From: Mytilus trossulus | Taxonomy: Eukaryota | Assembly: GCF_036588685.1 (NCBI RefSeq) | Contig: NC_086381.1 | Span: 12,462,001 to 12,526,000 of the forward strand | Length of the DNA stretch: 64,000 bases | Reading direction: 5' to 3' | Part shown: piece by piece, positions 1 through 12,558 of the stretch | How the letters are laid out: each line of letters begins with the position of its first letter | Numbering within the stretch: position 1 is the first letter of the stretch | The notes under the pieces: model-generated | What the model saw: only the letters and a program-made list of their open reading frames with translations | Told to the model about the DNA's origin: nothing | The model's database searches: none | Position numbers and translations under genes: made by a program

Positions 1-159
1 ACAGAGTAAATTTTTTAATCTTTTCTTAGTATATATCGAAACAATAAAAAAGATCTATACATCTTATTTTAAGTTCTTAATATTTCAGGAGTCTATAAAA
101 ATATGGATAGATATAACAGCCTATCAAATATATGCAACTAAAACCAACTTCATTATTTG

Positions 160-430
160 ACATATAAAATTGAGAAAGGAAATGGGAATGTGTCAAAGCA
201 ACAACAACCCGACCATAGAGCAGACAACAGCCGAAGGCCACCAATGGATCTTCAATGTAGCGAGAAACTCCCGCACCCGGAGACGTTCTTCAGCTGGCCC
301 CTTAAAAATATGTATACTAGTTCAGTTATAACGAACGTCATACTAAACTCCGAATAATACACAAAAAACTAAAATTAAAAATCAAACAAGACTAACAAAG
401 GTTAGAGGCTCCTGACTTGGGACAGGCGCA
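160..430 (+). mobile_element. Dispersed SINE-like repeat
   Basis: tataaaattgagaaaggaaatggg...caacccgacca recurs at ~17415-17475 and inverted at ~17590-17777; ends cctgacttgggacaggc like other repeat families here. Confidence 0.65.
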
Positions 431-579
431 ATATAGGTCATTATCTATTTACAATCACAAAATTTCTCTAAGCGCTTTAACTCTTGTTATTTATCCTCGG
501 GGGTCAACTTTAATACGTAATAGATAAAGGGTGGCACTGAGCTTTTATTACCCCATACTTTTCATGTTACTTAGATTTT

Positions 580-1325
580 AAACATGTATACCTTTTCGTA
601 TATTGTGTAGTCAAAAAATGTTTACCTTTTCGAACATTGCGAAGTTAAAAATGTATACATTTTCGTACATTGCAAAGATAAAAATGTGTACCTTTATATA
701 TATTGGAGGTTAAAAATGTATACCTTTTCGTATATTGCGTAGTTAAAAAATTGCAAAGATAAAAATGTGTACCTTTTCATATATTGGAGGTTAAAAATGT
801 ATACCTTTTCATATATTGCGTAGTTAAAAAAATGTATACCTTTTCATATATTGCGAAGTAAAAAATGTATACCTTTTTCATATATTGCGTAGTTAAAAAT
901 CATTTATGTATACCTTTTCATATATTGTGTAGTTAAAAATGTACACCTTTCCATATATTGCGAAGTAAAAAAATGTATACCTTTTTATATATTGCGTAGT
1001 TTAAAATGTATACCTTTTCATATATTGCGAAGTTAAAAATGTATACCTTTTCATATCGGAATTCGATGCGACTGTCATACAAGTGAGAGGTTTAGCGCTA
1101 TAAAACAAGGTTCAATCCACCATTGTCTACATTTGAAAATGCCTGTCCCAAGTCAGGAATATGACAGTTGTTGTCCATTCGTTTGATGTGTTTTGTCATT
1201 TGATTAGGGACTTTCCGTTTTTTCATCGGAGTTCAGTATTTTTGTGATTTTACTTTTTTTCATATATTGCGTACTTATAAATGTATACCTTTCCATTTAT
1301 TGCGTAGTTTAAATGTATACATATT
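580..1325. repeat. ~30-bp minisatellite (aaaaatgtataccttttcatatattgcgtagtt)n interrupted by an insertion at 1057-1256
   Basis: Roughly 15 tandem units before the insertion and 2 after it. Confidence 0.9.
1057..1256 (-). mobile_element. Dispersed SINE-like repeat fragment inserted in the minisatellite
   Basis: Reverse complement of ~24010-24230 (also 20500-20610, 35195-35325); ttttcatat appears on both sides. Confidence 0.7.
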
Positions 1326-1631
1326 CTTATCTTGTTTGTATACAATATGAGAGAAGAATACCAAAATGTCAAAAGAGAGATAATTTGTTGATAAAAACAC
1401 AACTTGAAACATGTTCTCAGCTGTGAAAAGTGTCCATGTTATTATTGCGCGGACACATTTTACCATTTGATTGATTTGGTCCTTGAACAGTAAATATGAT
1501 GACCCTGTTTCTTGCTGATTAAGATTTGAGGCTGATCTCATTTTAGATCAGCAGCTTAAGAAATATAGGTAACGTTTATACTAAAATGTACAATGTAGTG
1601 AAAATGTTTGATATACAATTCGCCCTTTAGT

Positions 1632-1704
1632 CATCTTCTCTAGCCTAGGGTTACAATCCAGCATAGGAGGGGACTGGATCGTAATCCTTGGCTTGCTAAG
1701 ATGT
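1632..1704. mobile_element. 73-bp hairpin MITE remnant with ~8-bp TSD
   Basis: 30-bp arms (24/30 match); cctttagt at 1624-1631 and 1705-1712. Confidence 0.7.
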
Positions 1705-1799
1705 CCTTTAGTGAACAGAATTTTGCAATATTAGTTATTTCATACTGCGCAGTTATTATAGAAGTATGTCCTCTAAGGGAAGTAATAAAAATAAAGGTC

Positions 1800-3015
1800 A
1801 TCAAAATGTGTTTGACTATAAGTGAATTTTAAATAATTTACTCTGTGAAAATTGTTCAGGCGAACACACACTTAAATCTGACACTGTTTACCTGTGCATC
1901 AACAAAATATTTAATAAACTACATAATTTGACTTTTAAACGGTTATTGAAATTAATGGCAAAGAAATGCGTTTTTAATTAAAATAACTATCATTAATCAT
2001 CATAGTTCAAGTAGTTGTGTAAAGCTATACTGTTTTATTAGAAATGTACTGTTCTGTAACATCAATTTATAAACGAAACTAACCATCCACACTTACCCAT
2101 TAATATATGTGTTATATAAGTGAATTAATGGGTATGTATTGTATACTCCGTAAACAGACGAAACATTTCTGGTTTATTTAGCATGTTTAGCGTAATTATA
2201 TATCTTTCTACGTGTCTATATATATGTGCTTTTGGTCTTTTAATTAAACATGTTGACATGAACATATTAATTTCTAACGGAAATTAGTACTTACAGTGTA
2301 CTTACATTTTAATGTGTGGTTACATCTTGTTACAATTCACTGTTTTCATCAGCTGTGTATACACATGTTGCAAAAAAAGTTTGTTGCGAGGTATTGTTGA
2401 CAATTTTATAAATAGAATACACTTACGATAGTTATGATATAATTACATTTTTCTAAATATATGATGGATTTTTTTCGCATAAATTTAAACTTAAAAAAAG
2501 CATTTAATACAAAGGATTAAAAGAGAAATTAACGCATACAATGAATACATAATTATTCATGATTTCAATATTGGTGGTATATATATTAGAAAAATACATC
2601 TATTAAATCATAAACACGATGGCGAAAATACATCAACCATATAAATGGTGTTAAGAACTTTGCTATACAACTGATATTTGTACTTAGACTAACTAGATTC
2701 AAAGGTTTTCTAGTAATTTATGCGCAAGGGAAAGACTACAAAAATACTTAAATATTGGAACCTCGACTGGAACATATAAAAAATCCGTAACGTTATTAGT
2801 TCTTGACTTGATATATGAAACATGAAATAATGCACAACTACGACAATCAACACTACATAGTCAAGGATCTATAATACTTAGATACTTTAAACTTTCTAAG
2901 GCTTACAGGACTGACAAAACATTAGTTACTGCTAATGATCTGCGTTCATTATATGTGAGAATCTGCTAGAGCAATTCATATTAGAATATGAATTAAAGCT
3001 CATATATTGAATAAC
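1800..3015 (-). repeat. Paralogous copy of the SLC26 5'UTR intron, exon 1 and promoter block
   Basis: Colinear similarity to ~9600-10875 (tgcatcaac...atttgactt, gtgtggttacatctt, gacaattttataaatagaatacactt, attaaagctcatatattg). Confidence 0.75.
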
Positions 3016-3301
3016 GCTGGTGTTATTTTCAGGTTTCCCGTTGAAATCTTGCCACTCCTCAGTAGAATAAAAAAAAACGGGTTCTTGCATGGTAATAGTA
3101 CGTTCATATCTAAATACGTTATACGCAAATCCTACTCCAACCAGGCAATAAGTAAGAGCAACAGAAAATGATTATGTACAAGTTGTATGCTCACTGTTAC
3201 GAATCTCCTCAAAAACACGTTTTTGCGATTAAAGATTTGAAAATTTCAGAAAAGTTGCCTCACAAAAAATCTTATGATAAAAAATCAAGTTTGAAAAAAA
3301 G

Positions 3302-3652
3302 AACTCGTCATAGATACCAGGATTAAAGTTTGTATTTACGTCAGACGCGCATTTCGTCTATAAAAGACTCATCAGTGACGCTCGAACCCATAAAAGTTAT
3401 AAAGGCCAAGTAACGTACGAAGTTGAAGAGCATTGAGGACTAAAATTCTTAAAAGTTTTACCAAATACAGCTAAGATCAGCTAACGTATTCTATTCTCGA
3501 GGTAGAAAAGCCTTAGTATTTCAAAAAATCAAAGTTTTGTAAGCAGTTGATTTATAAATTTGAGCATATCAATGATAATTCATGTCAGCACAGAAGTGCT
3601 GACTACTGGGCTGGTGATACCTCGGGGAATTAAAAGTCCACCAATGGTGGCA
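3302..3652 (-). mobile_element. Non-LTR retrozyme, second (~370-390 nt) family, near unit length
   Basis: Colinear with 16837-17227 and the reverse complement of 52441-52736. Carries a hammerhead and the ctactgggctggtgatacc-tcgggga block shared with the 350-nt family. Confidence 0.85.
3338..3381 (-). ncRNA. Minimal type I hammerhead ribozyme (intact core)
   Basis: GCGUCA CUGAUGA GUCU-UUUAU-AGAC GAAA U-GCGC-G UC^ UGACGU. Confidence 0.88.
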
Positions 3653-6600
3653 ATTTGAGTTATACATACAGAATTTGTTTGACTTTCGAGTAACTTTACT
3701 CTTAACATATTTTGTGAAAAGATGTAAGACTAGATCAGTGTAGAAAGAGAGCACAGCACACCAACAATAATTCAAAGGCACATATTAAAGACAAACAATA
3801 GCTGACCTGGTGAATAGTTTTGTTTAGTTTCATTAAGCTAATCCAGTCACAATATGAACTGTGCGTCTGAGACATTTCCTTTTATAGTTCTACAGACGGG
3901 ACTACAATTAAAAAGAATGTAGTTTGTTTTGATCTTTGAAAGGTACTTAATTTTTAAAAGCCGAAAGCGGTATATAAATATGTCATAGATAGTGGTCATT
4001 ACTTTCGCATCCATAAGGTAGTCATTAAAGTCAATTTAATACAAAACTATAAATGTCTATTTATTTACCACTACCCAATAGCCACCCGAATAAAATTCCC
4101 TAAATCAAAAACATGTAAAAAGTCACGCAGTAGAACGACGATACTATTTTCTGCTGATTAACTTTAATAGGTATATAAGGGTCTGTCCATTGGAATAATA
4201 TATATATAAAAAAGTATATTAGATCTTTAAAGTTATTATACAACATATAGCAGCTGATCTGTAAATATCGATTGTGTCGTATTCGCGGTGATGATATGTT
4301 TACTAAGATTTGCTTTCCTTAATGCATAGATGTCTTAAAATATCCTTGGCAAAAGATTTTTATGGTTTTAATGCTCTAAAACTTTGTATTCATTTTGGTC
4401 TTCGAACTGCCGGTTTGCGCGCCAATTCAGTGCTAATATGGTTTATAAAAAACCTGTTTGCTGTTGTCCATCTATAAATTCATAAATTATGAAACAAAGT
4501 TGGATTTCGGTATTTGTTTAGATCCTTTTATGTCATAAATTGCAACTGTTTCGGTTCTTTTAAATCCTTGTTTTTCGAATATTTTGCTTCGACCGTAGTT
4601 GATATTATAGGTGAATCCAGAAAATATGCAAGGACGCAATAAAAAATGTGTCTTTTTTTTAAACGCACGTCTGGCTTACCAATTAAAAACCTGGTATCTT
4701 TCATGTTTTATTTTACAGATTTTGGATTCATATTGCGAATAATGCAGGGATGAAATAAGACGCTTATAGATCTACGTTTCTCATCCGGTCTGACTACGTT
4801 TGGACTTAATGCAAATTATGATGTTAACTTTTGATGCAAAATATAATTCAAAATTTTGATATATAACTATTGTCATGACTAGCGGTGTCTTCTTACGTCG
4901 TATGTTGTCAGGCTATTATAAAGTAAAATCAAGGTTCTGTTGTTGTATACTTTTTCAATGTCTTTTCAAAACCCCTAGACTTAAATGAACTTAAGGGGGT
5001 GTTTTTAATTCCTGCTTATCAACCATGCTAAACTAAGGCAACAATAGATTAACTATGTTCAAATTGTCTAAGGGGTAACAACTCATAGCGAAAACCATAA
5101 AAGAAGAAATTGCACGAACTCTTAAAGGATCGAAAACGGATGCGTAAATAGAATAACCGTCGCCTGCTATGCATGCACCCCCCGCCATGCAGGTCAACAT
5201 AACATAATCGGGAATATGACATGTTCTGTAAATGAACAGATCAGACGTTTATTCTTTTATCATCAGATCTAAAACTACGACAAAATATAATTAGTGAGGG
5301 CAGACTCACTCAGCAAACTTATGTTGCCGATAGTTAAACTTATGATGCTTAAAGTAACTAGTTAAACTTTTTTTTTCATTGATTTCAGTCGTTCTTTTGC
5401 GTCACTCTGTCGAAGTGTTTTTTGTATCCTGAACCCCATTCTTACAAATGAAATTCTTAAAGTATGACCTTGCATAAACATACGTATCAATTTAGAGATG
5501 TAAACGCAAAACGATTACGCGAAGGGAAAAATTGATAATTGGAAAGTTAAAATCATCACATTTGTCATTTATTATAGTTTGAAGTCACTCATATGTGTCA
5601 ATATCTAATAAGAGGCAAACAAATGCTTACATGAACACAAAGATTCATATATGTATAGAAACACTTTATGATATATGATACAAATCGGTATACTTCTTGC
5701 ACACATTAATACTTTTATTATTGAATGACTATCATACATGAATTCAGTGGTAATAAAACAACATAAAAACCGTCGAAAATGCGTATAAGCGATTTCACCC
5801 AATGCGTGTATTCATGTCATTTATTTAAGACACTGTTCCCTGTGCCTCGTATCTACAAAATGGAGATAAGTTGAGATCGACTAAGATTCTAAGAGTAAAT
5901 ATTAGGTCAATGTCAGTTAATCCCTTCCCATCGGGGATGTATAATTTGCAAGGATCTCATATACTGAATATAGTTGTCGTATTACCCATTATAAGTGAGC
6001 AATTCACGTGACAAATGAACTGTACATTTCTTGTTGTTGCAGTCGCCCAAACATGAACATAACACCATTGGCTATAGACATATGCCAGATAACAACTTAT
6101 GTACATTTACGTTCGAGGTATGATGCATCAAGATCTTCTACTTTCGGAAATATAAAGATGTGAAGAAATACTTAACGTCGTAGGTACTGTCAAATTAACA
6201 TCCTTAGATGTCTCACTACTGTTGTCATAGACGAGACAAATACTCTTAATGTGCGTGTCCCAAGCCAGGAACATTTGGTTGATAGGTTGGTGTTAGTTGT
6301 GGCCTCTCTTGCTTGTTATTCGTTACAATTCAAAACATAAATCAAGCTGTTAGGTTTTATTGTAAATGTTCTATTTCACGTTTTATTACCCATGGTCTTT
6401 TATAGTTTATTATGTATGACGGTAAGTGTTTTTGCTGATTATTAATGGTCGTAATGTGACTTGTAGATTTTTGCATTCTTGCATCTTTTACTTAATAGTT
6501 GGCCATCATACACCTTATTATATCTATATCTCCAAACACAAATAAATCAAACATACCAAGTATTTATCGAATTTGAAAATGATAATTATCCTATGAATTC

Positions 6601-6859
6601 GAAGTTCGAAGTGCTTTGAAAAACGAATGTATTTCTACCTCAGAAATATTTCTACTTTGTTGTATTTGGTAGAACCTTTCGGAATTTCAGGATCCTCAAT
6701 GCTCTTTAACTTCATTCTTTTTCTTTATGTTTTAACTTTATTTAAGCTTAACTGAGAAGTTCATTGTAGATAAAACAAGCAGTCAAAATAATGAGTCTGG
6801 TGTCGTTAATAAGTTTTTCACTGTTGAGGTAATTGTAGATTACCTTTATATGGAATACT

Positions 6860-6985
6860 TAAACCCATCTTCATCAGAAACGCTCAAACCCATCGTCATC
6901 GGTAACTCTCAAACCCACCGTCATAAGGAACGTTCAAACACACCGTCATAAGGAACGTTCATACCTACTGTCATCTGGAACGCTT
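6860..6985. repeat. 25-bp minisatellite, 5 units
   Basis: Consensus aaacccatcgtcatcaggaacgttc; related 1.5 units at 23960-24003. Confidence 0.8.
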
Positions 6986-7313
6986 GGATGCATATTGTTT
7001 TGTAATACAACAGAAACTACCATAAGAAATTGTTATCAAAATGGGTTTTAAAAACTAAATTAAATAAAATCAATTCTCAGCAAAAGGATTATGGCTTATT
7101 TGAATATTTTTAAAACAAGTCTTCGTCTGAATGAAATAGCCTCTTCTTCTTAATTTCTAATTTTAATTAGGTTTTGAATACTAGTACCATTTAATGATAA
7201 TTTTATGCATGCGTAGTTCATGTAAAATAGTTACTTATTGTCAAGCTGTTCTTATGAATACCACCACTAAGCAATATGGTCCTAAGTTAAAGTAAAAGTA
7301 GCGTAGCTATTCT

Positions 7314-9365
7314 TCACTTTTTATGACTTGCTGCAAAATAGGCATCTAAAATGTCAGCATACACATTATTCATGTCTATTTCCTGTGATAAATCCGATTT
7401 TTCTATAAAATTTTTCATAAAATTAGTACAATTTCCAAACATGACCGTAACACCAACTGGTTTGTATTCGGAGTGGATTTGTATTAAAGCTTTCATCCCA
7501 TTCATGTCAATATAGTTCATAGACGAACAGTCGATAATAATATGCGTAAGGGGTACGACAGGTGTTTCGTTTTCAAGATTTGCTTTTGACATCGAAATTC
7601 TTTCATCACTGCTACAGCTATTTTTGCTCTGATCAACGTTAATTTCAACGTTAAACTCTGGTTGTTTTCGATAGGCTTTCGGATTAAAAGTTGCTTGGTA
7701 TAGTTTTGTTATAAATTGATCAGCTGTAGCAAAGTAAAGAGATGATTCCATTCGGAATATTGCTATTTTCGGGTTACATAATGGAACGTCATGAGTCTTT
7801 TGATCCAGAAGGCGATCTTCCTGCTCAAGTTTTCTAATGGTATACGAAGATGATCTTTGACTTTGCACAACAACTGTTAAAAGACAAAGTAGCACTCCAA
7901 CATACAAAGCGTAAGGAAAATCAATAAGAACACCACACAGTACTGTACCAACAAAAATTACGAAATCATAACGGTTTACTCGCCACAGCATCGGTAGGTC
8001 CTTGAACTGGTATAAGAGATTTTTAATAGCTGCGATGATCATAACTGCAAGAACAGCTTTAGGTAATGATTCAACATATTTTCCAATGAAAAGTATTACA
8101 AGCAATACAAAAACAGCTGAAACCATGCCACTTAATGTTGTCTTTGCTCCCATTGTACTCAAAACAATTGTACGAGGTGGTGCAACGCAAGCTGGAAAGC
8201 AGGAGAAAAAAGACCCACCTAGATTTGAAATACCATATGCGACGAGTTCTTGATTATCGTCAACTGAATATCCGTGTTTCACCTCACAAAGTCGGGCCAT
8301 CGAAATCGTAAGCACAAACACGATTATACCGACGACAGCACTTTGTCCTATAATATCTACAGACACTCGAGGTAACTTCGGAGTTGGCAGTCCAGCAGGT
8401 ATATTTCCTACTACACCTATTCCGAAGTTGTCATGTAATTGTGTATAGGAAGAAATAAATGTTGATAGGACAACCAAAATTAAATCAATTGGTATTGGCA
8501 TTTTCATTTTGTTCTTGTATCTCTCATTTATGACATCTTTTACCAATACGAGTATAATAAGGCATATTATAGAGACTAGGAATGTAGCAACATGAATGTG
8601 TGGAAAAACTTTGAATATTTGAATATATACATATATAAGTTTTCCTGGTTTGTTCACGGGTCGAATTGTTATGCCAAGAGCATTAGGAATTTGGCTGGAA
8701 ATGATATGAATAGCACCGGTTGTGGTAAAAGCTGCAATGAAAGAAGATGACAAATAAGAAGTTATAAAACCCATTCGGCACAACCCCATGATGAACAGCA
8801 ACAATCCAACAATAAATGACGAACCTGCTGCTACTGACGCTTTGTACTCTAAACCTAAATTTGCGATGTCTGAAGAAATTGTTGTCCGATTATCATCCGT
8901 GGAACCGTTTGAAACTGACTTATGACCTGTCAAACCATACTGTTCTAACTGCAACTCTACCATTTCTGCTGTCAAAATAGCAATCACAGCATTTGTTCCG
9001 AGCGATACGTGGTGAGACGTTCCGAAAAGAACATACAGAAGCACTGGAAAAAATGATGTATACAATCCATACGCCGGCGATAATGATGCTAATATTCCCA
9101 ATGCAAGTCCCTGTGGTACATGAAGGCAAGCTACTGATAATCCACTTATTATATCATCAAAGAGGTACACCCGGAATTTGTACTTTCGTAAGACATTTAT
9201 GACTGGAAATAGTGCTAGTAAATATGACCTTAACTTTGAAAAAGTACATTTGTCTTTTATATTCTCCGACAATGACGTAGACGAGTGCGGTGGTCTGCCA
9301 TAAAGTTCATATAATTCAGACTGTGTTTTCATAGATCTGGTTAGCAGTAAAACGTCAGAGGACAT
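7314..9365 (-). CDS. SLC26/SulP anion transporter (prestin/pendrin family), copy 1, single coding exon, 683 aa
   Basis: Uninterrupted ORF with SLC26 motifs: D-x-ISG...PQG, YGLYTSFFP, FGTS-x-H, GFITSYLS, NQELVAYG, and a C-terminal STAS domain (LYFATA, IIDCSSMNYID). Polypyrimidine tract plus AG acceptor at 9415-9414, 48 nt upstream of the ATG. Confidence 0.96.
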   Translation of the reverse strand: MSSDVLLLTRSMKTQSELYELYGRPPHSSTSLSENIKDKCTFSKLRSYLLALFPVINVLRKYKFRVYLFDDIISGLSVACLHVPQGLALGILASLSPAYGLYTSFFPVLLYVLFGTSHHVSLGTNAVIAILTAEMVELQLEQYGLTGHKSVSNGSTDDNRTTISSDIANLGLEYKASVAAGSSFIVGLLLFIMGLCRMGFITSYLSSSFIAAFTTTGAIHIISSQIPNALGITIRPVNKPGKLIYVYIQIFKVFPHIHVATFLVSIICLIILVLVKDVINERYKNKMKMPIPIDLILVVLSTFISSYTQLHDNFGIGVVGNIPAGLPTPKLPRVSVDIIGQSAVVGIIVFVLTISMARLCEVKHGYSVDDNQELVAYGISNLGGSFFSCFPACVAPPRTIVLSTMGAKTTLSGMVSAVFVLLVILFIGKYVESLPKAVLAVMIIAAIKNLLYQFKDLPMLWRVNRYDFVIFVGTVLCGVLIDFPYALYVGVLLCLLTVVVQSQRSSSYTIRKLEQEDRLLDQKTHDVPLCNPKIAIFRMESSLYFATADQFITKLYQATFNPKAYRKQPEFNVEINVDQSKNSCSSDERISMSKANLENETPVVPLTHIIIDCSSMNYIDMNGMKALIQIHSEYKPVGVTVMFGNCTNFMKNFIEKSDLSQEIDMNNVYADILDAYFAASHKK

Positions 9366-10098
9366 ATTTTTCCGACGCCGGTAATCGAATGTGAAAAAGG
9401 TTGAAATTATAACCTAAAAAGATTGAAATAACAAATTAAATTTTTCAATCATAGCGAAACCATAAAAGGGATATATTGAGCTTACGTCAAGCTCTAAATA
9501 GTTATTTCAGAGGCTATACATTGAATTTGTAAATAAATTAAACAGTCTATCAAAGATCTTCAGCTTACATCAACTTTCTTATTTGACAAAATGACACCAT
9601 CAAAAAAATTTGCTAACTGGTTCAACTTATGTTCTGCCATCATGCAAAAACAAACATTACACTGTTTTCACTCTCGCAAACAGACACACGTAAATATTGC
9701 ACTGTTTATCTCATTTGTAAATATGCATCAACACAATATTTAGCTAGAATTTGACTTCAAACTGTTATTGTAATTATTGTCAAAAATGTGTTTAATTATT
9801 CTTTCTATCAATGATCATCATAGATGTATAAACCATATTGTAATCGATTTTGATACAGACATAATACTGTTTTGGTAGAAGTTTGCTATTTTGTAACATT
9901 TAACCATTAACATGCAAGACATCTAAGTGAGTGTGTATGTATTGCGAGCACCGTATAAATAGATATAAAGTTACATTTCTAGCGTATGTAGCTTATTTAA
10001 TTGTGAAAAATGTCGAAGCATATGTGCTTTTTTCGTATGAAATTGTTGAAAACAAACAAATTGAAATAAACATATTTATTACCTACGGAAATGTTTCT

Positions 10099-10235
10099 AC
10101 TTACTTTTTTCGTGTGGTTACATCTTAGTTACATCTCAATGTTTATACACATGCTGCAAAATGAAAATAATTACGTTTTATAACCAGTTGCGAAGCCAAT
10201 AGCATGACAATTTTATAAATAGAATACACTTCCGA
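10099..10235 (-). promoter_or_regulatory. Probable core promoter and 5'UTR exon of SLC26 copy 1
   Basis: On the minus strand: CGGAAGTG (ETS-like), TATAAAA near 10211-10217, then GTAAGT donor at 10104-10099. The block is conserved at 2289-2430, partly at 15334-15430 and partly at ~32765-32802. Confidence 0.55.
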
Positions 10236-11339
10236 GAGTTAAAATCAAAATTGATTTTTTTAGTAAATTCACAATTTATAAGTGATAAGCATGAAACAGA
10301 TTTTTTAAGGTAAAAAAATAAAAGAAATTACGCAAATAAAAAAAAAAGGGGGAAGTAATGAATAAAATGAAATATCACTGTTTTGCATCGATTGGATATA
10401 GGTGAATAAATATGATAAAACATATACAAGCACCACTATTGTAAGTTCAGAGGCAAAAATACACCAAATATGAAAATGGCTATATTGTCAAAAAGAAAAT
10501 TAAATTTCTCAAAAAGTATACAGAAAAACTTTCCTTTTTAGATATTGGTACTTACTAAGTTAAAAATGTTTCGGTAATGTGTTCCCAGGGGTAAAGCTAT
10601 TAGAATATTAAAATACTGAAAAGTCTTTAAACAAATTTCAAAAGGTAATCAGTTATTAGTATCTTATTAAAAATGTGTGACACATGAATAAAATGCTCCA
10701 CTGTGAAAATCAACACTATGTCACGGATTTCATTTTTTTTTTGGTGTAAGCAATGCATTTCAAGTCTTACGGAATTGTAAGAACATTATTTATAGATTAT
10801 CATCCACCTTCACTAATATGCCTCTTCACTAAAGAAATTGATTTTAAAAATTAGATTAAAGCTCATATATTGCATTGCGCTACCTTTAACCAGAATAAAT
10901 TCAGTATAGACAGATACAAAATATAGACGACTTAAAATTTTGTTATTGAAAAGAAGTGATGCAATCAGTTTTCATATTCCCATCTTGTCATTTTTCAACA
11001 GAATAAACAAATACCTCCGATTTAAAACGTGATGGTACCCAATATGCAAATCGCACATATTTTGACAGTTTTTTTCACCTTCATTTTTTTATGATCCAGA
11101 CAAAAGTTTCCGATCAGAGTTCATTTAGTAAATGTATCCTTATTACTATTGAGTTATACCAATTTTAATGTTGAATCCATATTGAATCATAGAAAAAAAT
11201 GCATCCATGCTTAGATGTATATTCTTAAAAGTTGAATAACAGATGTTTTGTTCCATTTCAACAAGTATTTAGAACAATTTGACATAAGTTCATGTTTACT
11301 ATCCATTTTATATGAAATGGATGCTTTTTACAAATTTGA

Positions 11340-11920
11340 TTTGCTCATTTTTAAAAGAGGACTTTTTGCTTTCGAACTGTTTTGATTTAAGCATATGTCA
11401 AATAGCTCTTCAACTGTTCCGTTTCTTAGACATCCGTGCATTTAAAATATTCGGCTTTTAGCGTTCATGATGAAGTTAAATCCAGAAAAGCGCTCATGGC
11501 GCATGAATTTATAAACTGTTGTTTTCATTTTTTCTATATCACTGAGTCGACACCGTTGATTGCGGATTACCAGTCCCCGAGAGTACAATCAGATCAGTAG
11601 TCAGAACTTCTATTGTGACTTAATTGATAACAACCCTTTCTACAATTGTCTGTTTATAAATGTAGAGTCTGAGATTATAGATAAAGTAAAAAATTGTATG
11701 TAGACGATTTCACTATTTCATAAAGACTTTTTTGTCATATTGCTCTTTAAATATTTCGGTTCCTATATATCTGTGGCTTTCAAATAATCGGTGACCGTTC
11801 CTAGTAAAGGGTATTCCGGAAAAGCGGTAAAAACGCATAGAATGTATAACTGTTTATATTTTTTGACGACACATACGTCTGATGTACTAAGTTATTAACT
11901 TGGTATCTTTCATGATAGTT
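11340..11920 (+). mobile_element. Old, decayed retrozyme array of a third hammerhead family (~335-bp spacing)
   Basis: gcgttc-ATGATGA-agttaaatcca-GAAA-agcgct at ~11461, second relic at ~11795, shared cagtccccgagagta...cagtagtcag block at ~11570. Related relics at 4380-4710 and 18320-18420. Confidence 0.55.
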
Positions 11921-12432
11921 TTACTGATTCAAATGGCTGATGGCCGTAATGGCATTCCGGGGTAATGTTTATACAGACATTTCTACCAACGTGACGTGTT
12001 TAACTGATAACAGAACGTATTTTGTAAGACTACGAGAATATTACAGAGTGCAAAATAACATTCCGTATCGCGTGTTATATATACGAATATCTTCAATAAA
12101 TGTTAATGAAAATAATGTTTAAGAACATAGAAAAGTTATATGAAAATGTTAGTCATGAGAAACGTATATATATTAATTTAATGAAAAATCAAAAATAATA
12201 AAATTTGTTTAATTTTGGAGTTAAAAGCAGATATCTGTCGTTTGTGCTTCTTTGTAAAATATTTGTTTGTTTTTATAGTCATAAAGATTATAACACAATG
12301 TTGACTGCTGTATCCCTGTTTGTGACATTTTTAGTTATTTTGTCTGTTTGTTTTTTTAACCCATTATTGTCAAAATAATGGACTTAGATGTGAATGACAA
12401 ACCATTGAGAGGTTTATCTAGCTAATTACCAT

Positions 12433-12558
12433 ACTTTTGATGTGTTTGGTACAACTTTTTTGGAATTTTGGATCCTCAATGCTCTTCAACTTTGTACTTG
12501 TTTGGCTTTATAAATATTTTGATATGATCGTCACTGATGAGTCTTATGCAGACGAAAC
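12433..12558 (+). mobile_element. Retrozyme fragment truncated within the hammerhead
   Basis: cgtcaCTGATGAgtcttatgcagacGAAAc, then unrelated sequence. Confidence 0.7.

Noticed and set aside
580-1055. ~30-bp repeats as a CRISPR array (also considered for 18481-18860 and 52900-53420)
   Set aside because: No unique constant-length spacers, no cas genes and a eukaryotic context; these are a minisatellite and transposon subterminal repeats.
1275-1541. 88-aa ORF containing LFTAE, resembling SLC26 IFTAE
   Set aside because: No other SLC26 motif, and the ORF runs into the minisatellite; treated as a chance match.
8002-9202. Short ORFs overlapping SLC26 copy 1, mirrored at 26457-27630 and 44753-45773
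   Set aside because: Antisense or alternate-frame shadows of the SLC26 CDSs; their conservation simply follows the paralogy.
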